In this document: piece by piece, positions 22,668 to 32,015 of the stretch
How the letters are laid out: each line of letters opens with the position of its first letter
How positions within the stretch are numbered: position 1 is the first letter of the stretch
NCBI RefSeq assembly: GCF_001194135.2
Contig: NC_068996.1
Location: 11,567,695 to 11,599,709 of the forward strand
DNA length: 32,015 bases
Reading direction: 5' to 3'
Source of the DNA: Octopus bimaculoides
Taxonomy: Eukaryota
The notes under the pieces: model-generated
Database searches by the model: none
Seen by the model: only the letters and a program-made list of their open reading frames with translations
What the model was told of the DNA's origin: nothing
Translations under genes and position numbers: made by a program

Positions 22668-23057
22668 TTGTTGTTGTTGGCACTCCGTCGCTTACGACGT
22701 CGAGTGTTCCAGTTGTTCCGATCAACGGAACAGCCTGCTCGTGAAATTAACGTGCAAGTGGCTGAGCACTCCACAGACACGTGTACCCTTAATGTAGTTC
22801 TCGGGGATATTCCGCGTGACACAGTGTGACAAGGCTGACCCTTTGAAATACGGGTACAACAGAAACAGGAAGAAAGAGTGAGAGAAAGTTGTGGTGGAAG
22901 AGTACAGCAGGGTTCGCCACCATCCCCTGTCGGAGCCTCGTGGAGCTTTTAGATGTTTTCGCTCAATAAACACTCACAATGCCCGGTCTGGGAATCGAAA
23001 CCGCGATCCTATGATCGCGAGTCCGCTGCCCTAACCACTGGTCCATTGCGCCTCCAC
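22668..23057 (-). mobile_element. Full-length young tRNA-derived SINE, family C, with (AAC)n tail
   Basis: The reverse complement aligns without gaps to 14208-14600 with about 24 mismatches. Confidence 0.92.
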
Positions 23058-23766
23058 CTGACCACATACTACTAAATAAATCTAATTACCCATATTACAG
23101 TCAGTCGTCCATATAATCACCGATGTTTCCGAAGGCGAAACTTGTCTTCTTTTTTCCATAATACTACTAGAAAAGCTCATGGCAAGCGACACGCAAATAA
23201 CTTTAGCATGCCCCGTTCTCTTTCATTATTCTGTAGCCTTAGCAAAGTACAAGTAGACTACTTACTTCCACCTGTGCGACGCTGTAGTAGGTTCATACCA
23301 CTTCAGCAAAACGTTCCCATGCTTTTGTTCTGGCCACAAAATATTTCATACAAAGCGTTTTATTTTGTTTAAATGCTTGCAAAGTATAGCATGTTTATGC
23401 ACTGTACAATACTTGCATGAGTATTGTGTATGATTGTTGTTCTATATACTGTATTTTTCTGTGTATATATCAGTATTATTTTGAATTATTTATTATTTGT
23501 TTGTTTACCGATACATTTTTTTTCACTTTGATTTCTTTTGTTTGGTGGCTGTTTGCTTTTTACTGTAATCTTTCTGAGGGCGGATCCGCCTTAACGTTCA
23601 ACGGTAAAATAAAATGAAAATATTATTTAGACTCGCCTTGTTATCTAACCCCAGTAAGTGGTATACCTTACAAATCCAAAATAAGAATTTTTTCTATCAG
23701 TTACTCATGTAAATCAACAAAAAATATCGCAATTGGATTTTATCACGTCAGACTGAAGTCTGCAGC

Positions 23767-23797
23767 AGATAATAATAATAATAATAATAAAAATAAT

Positions 23798-23866
<69 letters not shown>
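23767..23866. repeat. Compound microsatellite (AAT)n-(AAC)n-(AAT)n
   Basis: Directly visible. Confidence 0.97.
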
Positions 23867-23994
23867 TTCATTTGCTAGTACCGCTAGTCGTAGTGCTATA
23901 AATCTAAAGATTTCAACTAATTATCATAGCCAAGTAGCCACCACTTAAACAGATTAGCCAGTTCACTTTTGTAGTCACTCTTCCCGCCATTAAT

Positions 23995-25360
23995 TGCTAG
24001 GGTACAACTTCTGAAAATCTCACTACCCGACTTCTAGATAAAGTTGTAAAAGAAATTTGCGTCAGTTCAGAAGCCAGGTGCCTCTTCTCGGTGTTTGCTT
24101 GATTCAGGACTGCAAATTTGTGAAGAAGAAAATCTATGGAAACACGTGCAATGTAAAGGTTACTTGAAGGTGACCATATCCACTCATTGTCCAAAAGATG
24201 TCAAAAAGTAGACTCTGTAATTTTATTAAATTGTAACTGAAACAATGTAAGTTTGTCAAATGTGATATAGGTGTTCACTAACTCTGTTCAACCTTTCACG
24301 GAAAGCTTTCTTTCATCTCAAGAAAAGCCTTCTTAAATTACTTGTTACCTCTTCTAAGTTACGGTCTGCATAGGAACCAATGCTAACCCAGAATCCGAGC
24401 AAATTAAAGCGTCTATTTTGATCCTGAGCACTATGACACCATCCGGTGCCATAGACTTGTCTCTCATGTGCCAAACTTTGCTCGTCTGGGTTGGATTTTG
24501 TTCCTATCACTCGCTAGTATTCCAAATGAATAGTGCCGACCGACTCTTTTTCGGTGGCGTCCGACATCATGATGACTCCAGGTTCTTCATTATGCTGACA
24601 GGGTCAAAAGTGACGCTCAAAAGGAAGCCCTTCAAATACGCCATTTTCCTCAGAATTGGCTCGAATGCCAGCATATAGAGAAGAGGCAACGGAGGGCATT
24701 CTTGAAGAATGAAACATTCAATTCCACATATTTTTAAAAGAAGACTTCTAACTACAGAGCAGATGCCGCTACACACTATAGCGAATAAGAAACCCTCTCA
24801 GATCAGCTACCAAATAACGATGACCGATCATATAATAGGCTGTCTACTGATCCAAATTTATCGGTCTTCTTCTGAAAGCTATCTTCATTACAAACTGTAT
24901 GATGTAATTTGTTAGATGGAAATAGTTATGTTTCGGAACTTTAGTTTTACTGACTAGACTGCGGACAAGTATCGACCTCTGTTAAATCACTGGCCAAAAT
25001 CTTAACCCCTGTATTGAGAAGAGTTGCGCACTAAAAAGTTGGACACAATGTATGCTTTGTCAGTGTCCTTTCTCTGCCATGCTACTACTCTCTGTCGCAC
25101 AAAACTGAAATTTCTCCTAGTTGCGAGAAACCTACGACCAAAAAATCACCAAATAAAAATGGCAAATATTCGTTAATCTTGAAAGGCAGACCATCCAAAT
25201 ATGATAAATCGCAACCTTATACAACTACTCGGCGCCTCCTGTATTTCAGGAGCCGTTATTGGATTTTAACAACACCTTACATCTTTTATCTCGTTTCCAC
25301 TACTGTCTTCCGTTTGTCATAATTTCTGAACGACCAAGAAAAATGGTGCTGGAAAGTGGA
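23995..25360 (-). mobile_element. Old Tx1/L1-type LINE fragment (linker, RT and downstream region)
   Basis: Minus-strand remnants in order: FQHHF, PITAPEIQEA, DGLPF..LFGDF, KILA, SGICSVV..QECPPLPLLYMLAFEPILRK, GTKSNP..LLGFW..RNLEEVTS, LDNEWIWSP. Confidence 0.8.
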
Positions 25361-25419
25361 ATTAATGACTATGGTTTTTGTGTTCATTTGATTATTGCTG
25401 TGTTAGTTTATGTTCTTAT

Positions 25420-25454
25420 TGTTGTTATTATTGTTTCTGTTGCTGCTGCTGTTG

Positions 25455-25486
<32 letters not shown>

Positions 25487-25560
25487 GTGGTAGTTGATAT
25501 TGCGTTAGTAGTTGTGATGGTGGTAGATGTGTTCTAGTTGATGATGGTGCTGCTGATGGT
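25420..25560. repeat. Degenerate (GTT)/(GCT)/(GGT)/(GAT) low-complexity tract
   Basis: Directly visible. Confidence 0.9.
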
Positions 25561-25772
25561 GACGTGTAAATATCGTATTCTGTAGTCAGCCTGTTGGGCA
25601 TTTTTGTTTTTTTGTTTTTTGGTGTGAAGCACCCCTTCGTTTTTCTACTTCTCTTCTTCACCCACCCCACTCCCCCAACTGACCAAGAGTCATCCAGTCT
25701 TTCGACTTGGCGTCGATGCTGCCTACTCGTTGCCGTAGGCATCTTTTCTATCGCTTGTGGCTATGAAAAGGT

Positions 25773-25954
25773 CATCATAATCATCATCGTCATCATCATC
25801 ATCGTCATCATCATCACCATGATCATCATCATCATGGTGATGATCATGATTATCATGATTATCTTCATTATCAGCTTCCTTCACTTCTTCCTCCTTCCTC
25901 TACCTCTTCCTTATCATGGTCATCATCGTCGTCATCATCACCTTCATCATCATT

Positions 25955-25990
<36 letters not shown>

Positions 25991-26027
25991 GTCGTCGTCG
26001 TCGTCGTCATCATCATCATCATCATCC
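25773..26027. repeat. Degenerate (CAT)n/(CGT)n/(CTT)n tract
   Basis: Directly visible; source of the poly-I/H/R ORF at 25594-26064. Confidence 0.93.
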
Positions 26028-26583
26028 TCATTCACTTTTCCTCATACATCATAATTACTTTTAATTATTGATCATGTTTCTTGTTTAATTTCAAACTTGG
26101 ATATTTTAATTTTTACCTGTCATAATTACTTTCACGTGATTCAAAGAAAAATTAACAATATTTTATTTAATTTTTGCTTTCCAAGTTGTGTCGGAAAGAA
26201 GAAAAATACATCGTCTTAATAATAAGTGAAATCTTGAAACACAAAAGCTTCTGTTTATTAAACAAATTTGATTGGGAGTTTTCTCGATGGACCTATTTGA
26301 AGAATTTTCTTGCAGGAGTAGGAAAGCGTGCTGCCACTAACAGCAGACATTGTCATATTTATCATTTTCCAGTCACGAGTCAGCCTATGATTGAGCATGT
26401 TCCAGCCATGACAATCATATCCTTTACTTAAACAGAACATACGTCGAGACATAGCTGAACATATATAAACTTTTGCAAGGCGCCCGAAACTTGTAACACA
26501 GTGGGAGGAACTCTTCATAGTTCATTGATTATCCTGCAAATATAAATATGCAGGATTTAAAATAGGATAAACTCTTACATCAC

Positions 26584-26631
26584 GCTGAAATCGATTTTGC
26601 CTTCTTTATTCTTTCGAGGTCGAGAAAATAA
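26584..26631 (+). mobile_element. Small degenerate fragment of SINE family B
   Basis: gctgaaatcgattttgccttctttattctttcgaggtcgagaaaataa resembles 30163-30200 (ggctgactttgcatttcatcttttcgagttcgattaaaa). Confidence 0.4.
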
Positions 26632-26850
26632 TTAAATGAAATTTGTGTCGAAGGATCAACGTATTTTATAGTTCTTCCATAATAAAACAAGAATTCTTTG
26701 CTACACGCAGCTTATACAAGAAACCAGGGTAATTTCGTGCAACGGGGTAATAAAAAGTAACAGTTAGACCTCAAAGAAATGTGTTATGCAACATTTTAAT
26801 TAATATCAATATTGGCAATATTCTGAGAAAGGGAAAATTTATATACGGTT

Positions 26851-26851
<1 letters not shown>

Positions 26852-26906
<55 letters not shown>

Positions 26907-26916
26907 NNNNNNNNNN

Positions 26917-26968
<52 letters not shown>
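26852..26968. repeat. (CA)n microsatellite with a 10-N gap (26907-26916)
   Basis: Directly visible. Confidence 0.98.
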
Positions 26969-26971
<3 letters not shown>

Positions 26972-27120
26972 CTTGTTTTTAAGTGTTTGTTCATATATTT
27001 ATTTTTTCATCACTATTATATATCTACATTGATGTATAACATCTGTAACGTTTTACAAATAATTATTTTGACTTGAAAAATTATATAAAAGCAAATTTCT
27101 TTTATTTTTTTATATCTTAT

Positions 27121-27498
27121 CTTTTATTTGTTTCAGTCATTGGACTGTGGCCATGCTGGAGCACTGCCTTCAATTTTTAGTCGAATGAAAGAACCCCAGT
27201 AATTAGTTTTTCAAACCTGTTTCCTATCCTATCTGTCTCTTTTTTGCCAAACCGCTACGTTACAGAAACTTAAACACACCAACACGGGTTGTCAAGTGGT
27301 GATGGGGGAACAAACACACACGCACACACACATACATATATACATAGATATATACGACGGGATTCTTTTAGTTTCCGTCTACTAAACAGACTCGCAGGGC
27401 TTTAGGCTATAGCAGAAGACACTTCCCCAAGGAGCCACGAAGTGGGACTGAACACAGAACCATGTGGTTAGGAAACGAGCCTCTTAACATACAACCAT
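27121..27498 (-). mobile_element. tRNA-derived SINE, family A (OR2-like), older copy
   Basis: Co-linear with 16321-16750 (tttcagtcattggactgtggccatgctggagcac ... gaagacacttccccaagg ... gtgggactgaac). Confidence 0.85.
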
Positions 27499-27523
27499 TA
27501 ATATATATATATATATATATATA

Positions 27524-27681
27524 NNNNNNNNNNNNNNNNNNNNNNNNNNNNNNNNNNNNNNNNNNNNNNNNNNNNNNNNNNNNNNNNNNNNNNNNNNNNN
27601 NNNNNNNNNNNNNNNNNNNNNNNNNNNNNNNNNNNNNNNNNNNNNNNNNNNNNNNNNNNNNNNNNNNNNNNNNNNNNNNNN
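27524..27681. other. Assembly gap (158 N) in (TA)n
   Basis: N run flanked by TA repeats. Confidence 1.
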
Positions 27682-27829
27682 ATATATCTATGCACAGAAC
27701 ATGGAGTTATATAATGTCGTGATAATTACAAAAGAGTGGTTTGGTGAACCAGGCTACAAACCACATAGTAACTCCATGCCTAGGAATGTAACGTAGAGTC
27801 TTATGTAGCTGAAATCCAATTAATCCAAT

Positions 27830-29560
27830 CAATGAAAATTAATAAGAATTGTTCATATTTGTAGACTCCACATTCGAGTTACCTCTATTTCCAGACCTTT
27901 GTATTTTGAAAGTTTCTCCGTTTCTCTCAGAGAAATGTCATCATCTGTTGATATTGATACATCGATTAGAAAGCATTTTTTATCTTGGTGATCTCTGACA
28001 AAAATATCCGGCCTATTGACATTAATTTCTCTATCTGTGTGTATTGGCATATCCCAGAGTGTGGTTGCTTTCTCATTTTCAGTGACTTTTCCTGGGGTAT
28101 GCCTATACCATCTTTTTTTCTGTTGTAATTCCATATTATTGGCATAGCTTCCAGTGTATATAGGTCCCAACTCTGTCTTTTAATTTGTTAATTTCAAGAA
28201 GGAACTGACCATGTAATTTCATGCGGAGTAGTATTTCGTCTCTCTCGTTGGCTATTCGTGATCGGAATTTACTAGCACTCTCAACGTCATTGTTGGTAAA
28301 TCCTTCTGCAATAGTAGCATACTGTAGCAGTTCTTGTTTGCTGTTTACCAAATAGTCTGCCTTGTTTCTTCTTTCACTGTTGATACACTCCCGTATGCTA
28401 ATCAGCCCATGTCCACCTTTACGCCTCTTCATGTAGAGCCTGTGTGTGCCCGCCGCCGAAGGGTGTTATTGTCTTTCGGATAGTGCATTGTTATTGTTTA
28501 TCGGATGGTGTGATCGAGTTGGTTAATCTCCGCTCGTGCCCATTTCAAGATGAGTGCACTATAACGGACTACAACAGCCCATACATTGAGAGCATTCACA
28601 AGGTTCCTTGAGTTCAGTTTTGACTTCAAAAGAAGTTTAAGGCGCTTCAAATATGCAGTAATGACCTTGTCTTTCATTTCTCTGTGCAAGATATTGTCCA
28701 GCTCCAGGATCTCAAGGTACTTATACCCATCACCATCTGGGTTTTCCATTCACTCTCCGTTTGGCAATTCTATGCCCCTACAATCCGTTATTTTCTCCCG
28801 TTTTAAAGTGAGCACCGTACACTTTCAAATACCGAATTCCATCCCTATATCCTTGCTGCACAGTCTCAACCAGCCTCTCTATTTCAGGTCTTGATATTGT
28901 TAACAGTTTTAAATCATCCATGAAGGGAAAGTGGCTGAGACGAGGTCCAGCTTCAGGAGGTATTTTATTTTCCGTATCTCCTCCTAAGCTTTTAAAAAAC
29001 TGCCTCTGATTATTTGAGAATAAATTGTTTTGCTGGAACTGCGATATGTTATCAGTGTGGCGTTGCACGATAATTGTTTTTGGCCGCACACGTTGTTATA
29101 GGGTTTCTATCATGCCGAATGACTTCTCAGAGGGTCCATTGCTCACTTGAAATCTTCTTCGGCGGACAGGCTCAGCGAATGAAAACCAAGATTATTGCTT
29201 TTATCCCTACTTCTGTAGCCACAGTGAGTGATTTTAACGTTGTTGTTTTTGTCACTAGCTAGGCTTATGTTCTCTAGCAACAGGATCCGTGTAGGATGGG
29301 CTGGTTAGCGAGTTGTAGTTGCTTCCTGTGTTGTTGATGTTGTTGCAGCTGCTGTTGTTTTTGTATTTGTCTGGGCAGCCTTCTGTCGCAGTTGTCAATG
29401 GCTGCATTTACTGTTGAATCTATGTATAGAAGCATTCATTCTCTCTCTATTTATATCCTCTTATTCCTTTCTGCCGAACAGCGTAGGCACCAAACGTAAA
29501 AGACTCTTCCATTTTTCCCGAGAGTCAAACTAATACCTTTGCTTGTTCTTTCTACACCTG
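27830..29560 (-). mobile_element. R4/Dong-type RLE LINE, internally deleted and probably chimeric, non-autonomous
   Basis: QFQQNNLFSNNQRQFFKSL (pre-RT) is joined to SHFPFMDDLKL. Then follow DGYKYLEILE..YLKRLKLLLKSKLNSRNLVNALNVWAV, GGHGLISI..LHGQF, and the RLE region LWDMPIHTDREINVNRPDI..LIDVSI..EKLSKYKGLEIE. Confidence 0.88.
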
Positions 29561-29595
29561 TCTTCCTCTTTTGCTTTACTATAAATTTGAGCAAC

Positions 29596-29620
29596 AGTAG
29601 CAGTGTTATCATCATCATCA

Positions 29621-29682
<62 letters not shown>

Positions 29683-29770
29683 GTTGTTATTTTTATTATT
29701 ATTATTATTATTGTTGTTGTTGTTCTTCTTATTATTGCTGTTGTTGTTGCTGTTGTTGTTGTTGTTGTTG
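29596..29770. repeat. Compound microsatellite (ATC)n-(ATT)n-(GTT)n
   Basis: Directly visible. Confidence 0.97.
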
Positions 29771-30052
29771 AGTGAGAATGTATGCCATCAAAATGACACT
29801 GGGGTACAAATATACGAAGCCCAATATACCCATCATGACTACCCGTCTGATAAGGGTACACCAGGCACATGCATCACAACCACATGTGCGCGACATGGTG
29901 ACCTAATATCAAGATTTACAGGTGGGGCCCAGTAAGAATTTTCTTCAGGTCGAGTAGCCCACCCCGCTCAAAAGGTCCCTGAATAAGGCTTGTTTAATGA
30001 TGTTGAATGAAACATCCATATTTCCAGAGGTGAATTATTCAAACCCAAAGAA
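29770..30052. mobile_element. Fragment of an abundant Octopus microsatellite-associated interspersed repeat
   Basis: Complex, more GC-rich 283 nt starting exactly at the end of the (GTT)n. Recognised from recall as an Octopus high-copy repeat whose other part is like 3942-4177. Confidence 0.5.
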
Positions 30053-30072
30053 TTGCAGCTGTTGTTTATTTA

Positions 30073-30255
30073 AGGCAGTGAGCTGACAGAATTATCAACA
30101 CGCTGGGCGAAATACCAAGCGTTATTTCGGTCCTCTTCACGTTCTGAGTTCTAATTGCGACAAGGCTGACTTTGCATTTCATCTTTTCGAGTTCGATTAA
30201 AAAAAGGATCAGTAGAGTACTGAAACTGCTGGTCTTGTTTCAAAATTTGAAGTTG
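30073..30255 (+). mobile_element. tRNA-derived SINE, family B, with internal deletion and (ATT)n tail
   Basis: aggcagtgagctgacagaat...gttctgagttctaattgc...tttgcatttcatcttttcgagttcgat matches the reverse complement of 16813-17015. Confidence 0.8.
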
Positions 30256-30278
30256 TTATTATTATTATTATTATTATT

Positions 30279-31583
30279 CAGTAGTCTTATTTTTATAACG
30301 TGCTTTCACTTCACTACCGAGCGTGTGCATTGGGTATGTGCTGTGGTGCTCTTATGGTTACTGTATTGAAAGTGTTTTGCGTAGGATGTGTGCAGTGCAC
30401 AGTAGTGCAATTTTCTGTATGTTATTATTGTTTGTATGTCCTGGTGTTTTTGTTATGTATTTGTCTGAATACTTTTTTAACATACCTAATGCGCCTATTA
30501 TGATAGGAATTGTTTCTGTTTTTAGACTCCACATTCGAGTTACCTTACTTTCCAGATAATTGTATTTTGAAAGTTTCTCCGTTTCTGTTAAAGAAACATT
30601 GTCATCTGTTGGTATTGATACATCGATTAGAAAGCATTTTTTTCTTGGTGATCTGTCAACTATATCCGGCCTATTGGCCTTAATTTCTTGGTGTGCATTG
30701 GCATATCCCAGAGTATGGTTACTTTCTCATTTTCTGTGACCTTTTCTGGCGTGTGCCTATACCATCTTTTTTGTGTTGTTATTCCATAGTTTTGGCATAG
30801 CTTTCAGTCTATGTAAGTCCCAGCTCTGTCGTGTCTGTGAATATATTCCTTCTTAGCCAGGACTGAGCAGCCAGAGATAATATGATTTATTGTTTCTTGT
30901 CCATCTCCACATATTCTACAGTTATTTGTTATGTTTCTTTTCATTATATGTTTTTGGTAATTTCTGGTGGGGAGGCTCTGGTCTTGTGCTACAATTAAAA
31001 ATCCTTCAGTCTTTGCTTTGAGTCCTGAGCTTCTCAGCCATTGCTGGGATTTTTCTCTGTCTATTTCTTTTGCATTTAGTTTAGCCCAGTATTTACCATG
31101 TAGGGGCTTTTCTTGCCATCGTTTTATCATGGTCCGTTGCTGTTCTAGTTTTAGTTTGGATTTCCTTTGTTTTATATCTTTTGTTGTTTCTTCTTTCATT
31201 TTTCATAGTTGTGTTAGGTAATATGACTTCTTGTTTGTATTTGCCGCTTCCTTAAAGACTGAAAACAGTTTTTGTTTTGTTCGTGTTTTGTGGCTATTTG
31301 TATTAGTTTTACTTGCTTCTGAAGTAAGTATTATTGTAGTCCTATGGTGGTTATTTTGTAATAGTTTTCCAGCTGCATAAAGCCTCTACCACTTTCTTAT
31401 ACATTGTATATATAACTTTTCTATGTCAGATTTTGGGTAGCGCACCTTAAATCCCGTCATTATTTTTCTTGTTTCCTTGTCTATTTTGATTAGTTCATTT
31501 AGTGTCCAGTTAAAGATATTGTAGCTGTAACTTATGACTGGGACGGCTAACGTGTTGATACCTGTTATCTTGTTTTTCGCAAT
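30279..31583 (-). mobile_element. Dong-type (R4 clade) RLE LINE copy A: 5'-truncated, intact 3' end followed by (TAA)n (30256-30278)
   Basis: KPLHGKY..WLRSSGLKAKTEGFLIVAQDQSLPTRNY..CRICGDGQETINHIISGC..RHDRAG (CCHC knuckle). RLE region NRPDI/LIDVSIP. The 3' UTR is nearly identical to copy B. Confidence 0.92.
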
Positions 31584-31654
31584 ATCTTAAATCAATTGTT
31601 TAGTTTGTCTACTGTCCATGCGATTACCTCTGCATTATTATTATTATTATTATT

Positions 31655-32015
31655 CAGTAGTTTTATTTTTATAACGTGCTTTCACTTCACTACCGAGCGC
31701 AGCTCTGTGCGCCTTGGGTATGTGCTGTGGTTTGCTGTGGTGCTCTTATGTTTACTGTATTGAAAGTGTTTTGCGTAGAATGTGTGCAGTACCCAGTAGT
31801 GCAATTTTCTGTATGTTATATATATTTGTAAGTCCTGGTGTTTTTGTTATGTATTTGTCTGAATATTTTTTTATTATACCTAAGGCACCTACTATGATAG
31901 GAATTGTTTCTGTTTTTAGATTCCACATTCGAGTTATCTCTATTTCCAGGTCTTTGTATTTTGAAAGTTTTTCCATTTCTTTTAGAGAAACGTTGTCATC
32001 TGCTGGTATTGAAAC
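31655..32015 (-). mobile_element. Dong-type RLE LINE copy B: 3' end followed by (TAA)n (31634-31654), runs off the window edge
   Basis: Open C-terminal frame EKLSKYKDLEIEITRMWNLKTETIPIIVGALG..IQKIALLGTAHILRKTLSIQ* (31976-31752). The 3' UTR matches 30279-30400. Confidence 0.92.

Noticed and set aside
23266-23329. Candidate 64-nt minus-strand exon (ggccag|...|gtaagt), with one open frame QKHGNVLLKWYEPTTASHRW
   Set aside because: The polypyrimidine tract is weak, the peptide is unrecognised, and GTAAGT is expected by chance several times over both strands. RNA-seq would be needed.
23579-23590. GC-rich 12-bp palindrome ggcggatccgcc
   Set aside because: Short palindromes of this size are expected by chance in 32 kb, and there is no supporting context.
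26428-26558. Candidate minus-strand exon (atatttgcag|...|gtaaag) and a small hairpin atcctgca...tgcaggat
   Set aside because: All three frames have stops just after the acceptor, the internal-ATG peptide (MNYEEFLPLCYKF...) is unrecognised, and the acceptor may just be part of the hairpin.
6780-30255. tRNA-like A/B-box segments as tRNA genes
   Set aside because: They lack intact cloverleaves and continue into SINE bodies and tails that recur in several copies, so they are SINE heads.

Overview
This is AT-rich eukaryotic non-coding DNA (intronic or intergenic) from a short-read scaffold with six N-gaps, all at microsatellites. It is almost certainly cephalopod, most likely Octopus. That call rests on my recognition of the abundant Octopus tRNA-derived SINE families, not on a database search. 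I found no host protein-coding exon, true tRNA/rRNA gene, CRISPR array or prokaryotic system. Nearly all long ORFs in the track are microsatellite or N read-throughs, or broken retrotransposon frames. The window is a retroelement graveyard. It has four R4/Dong-type RLE LINE pieces on the minus strand (1-390 and three in 27.8-32.0 kb) and one distinct R4-type LINE (8.3-10.4 kb, +). It also has a probable Hero-type RLE remnant (11.1-12.1 kb), four Tx1/L1-type LINE pieces, about 12 SINE copies from at least 4 families, a hAT-type MITE, a 323-bp near-loopless palindrome and many compound microsatellites. The most interesting signal is organisational: different retroelement lineages abut different microsatellite classes (Dong-type with (TAA)n, the second R4-type with (CATA)n, Tx1-type 3' ends with (ATC)n). 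Other notable items are an apparently chimeric, doubly deleted Dong-type copy with two in-frame junctions and a ~94% identical inverted SINE pair showing CpG decay. These are hypotheses from a handful of copies. I do not see evidence for a novel functional gene system. All alignments and counts were done by eye, so boundaries are approximate to within a few tens of bp.
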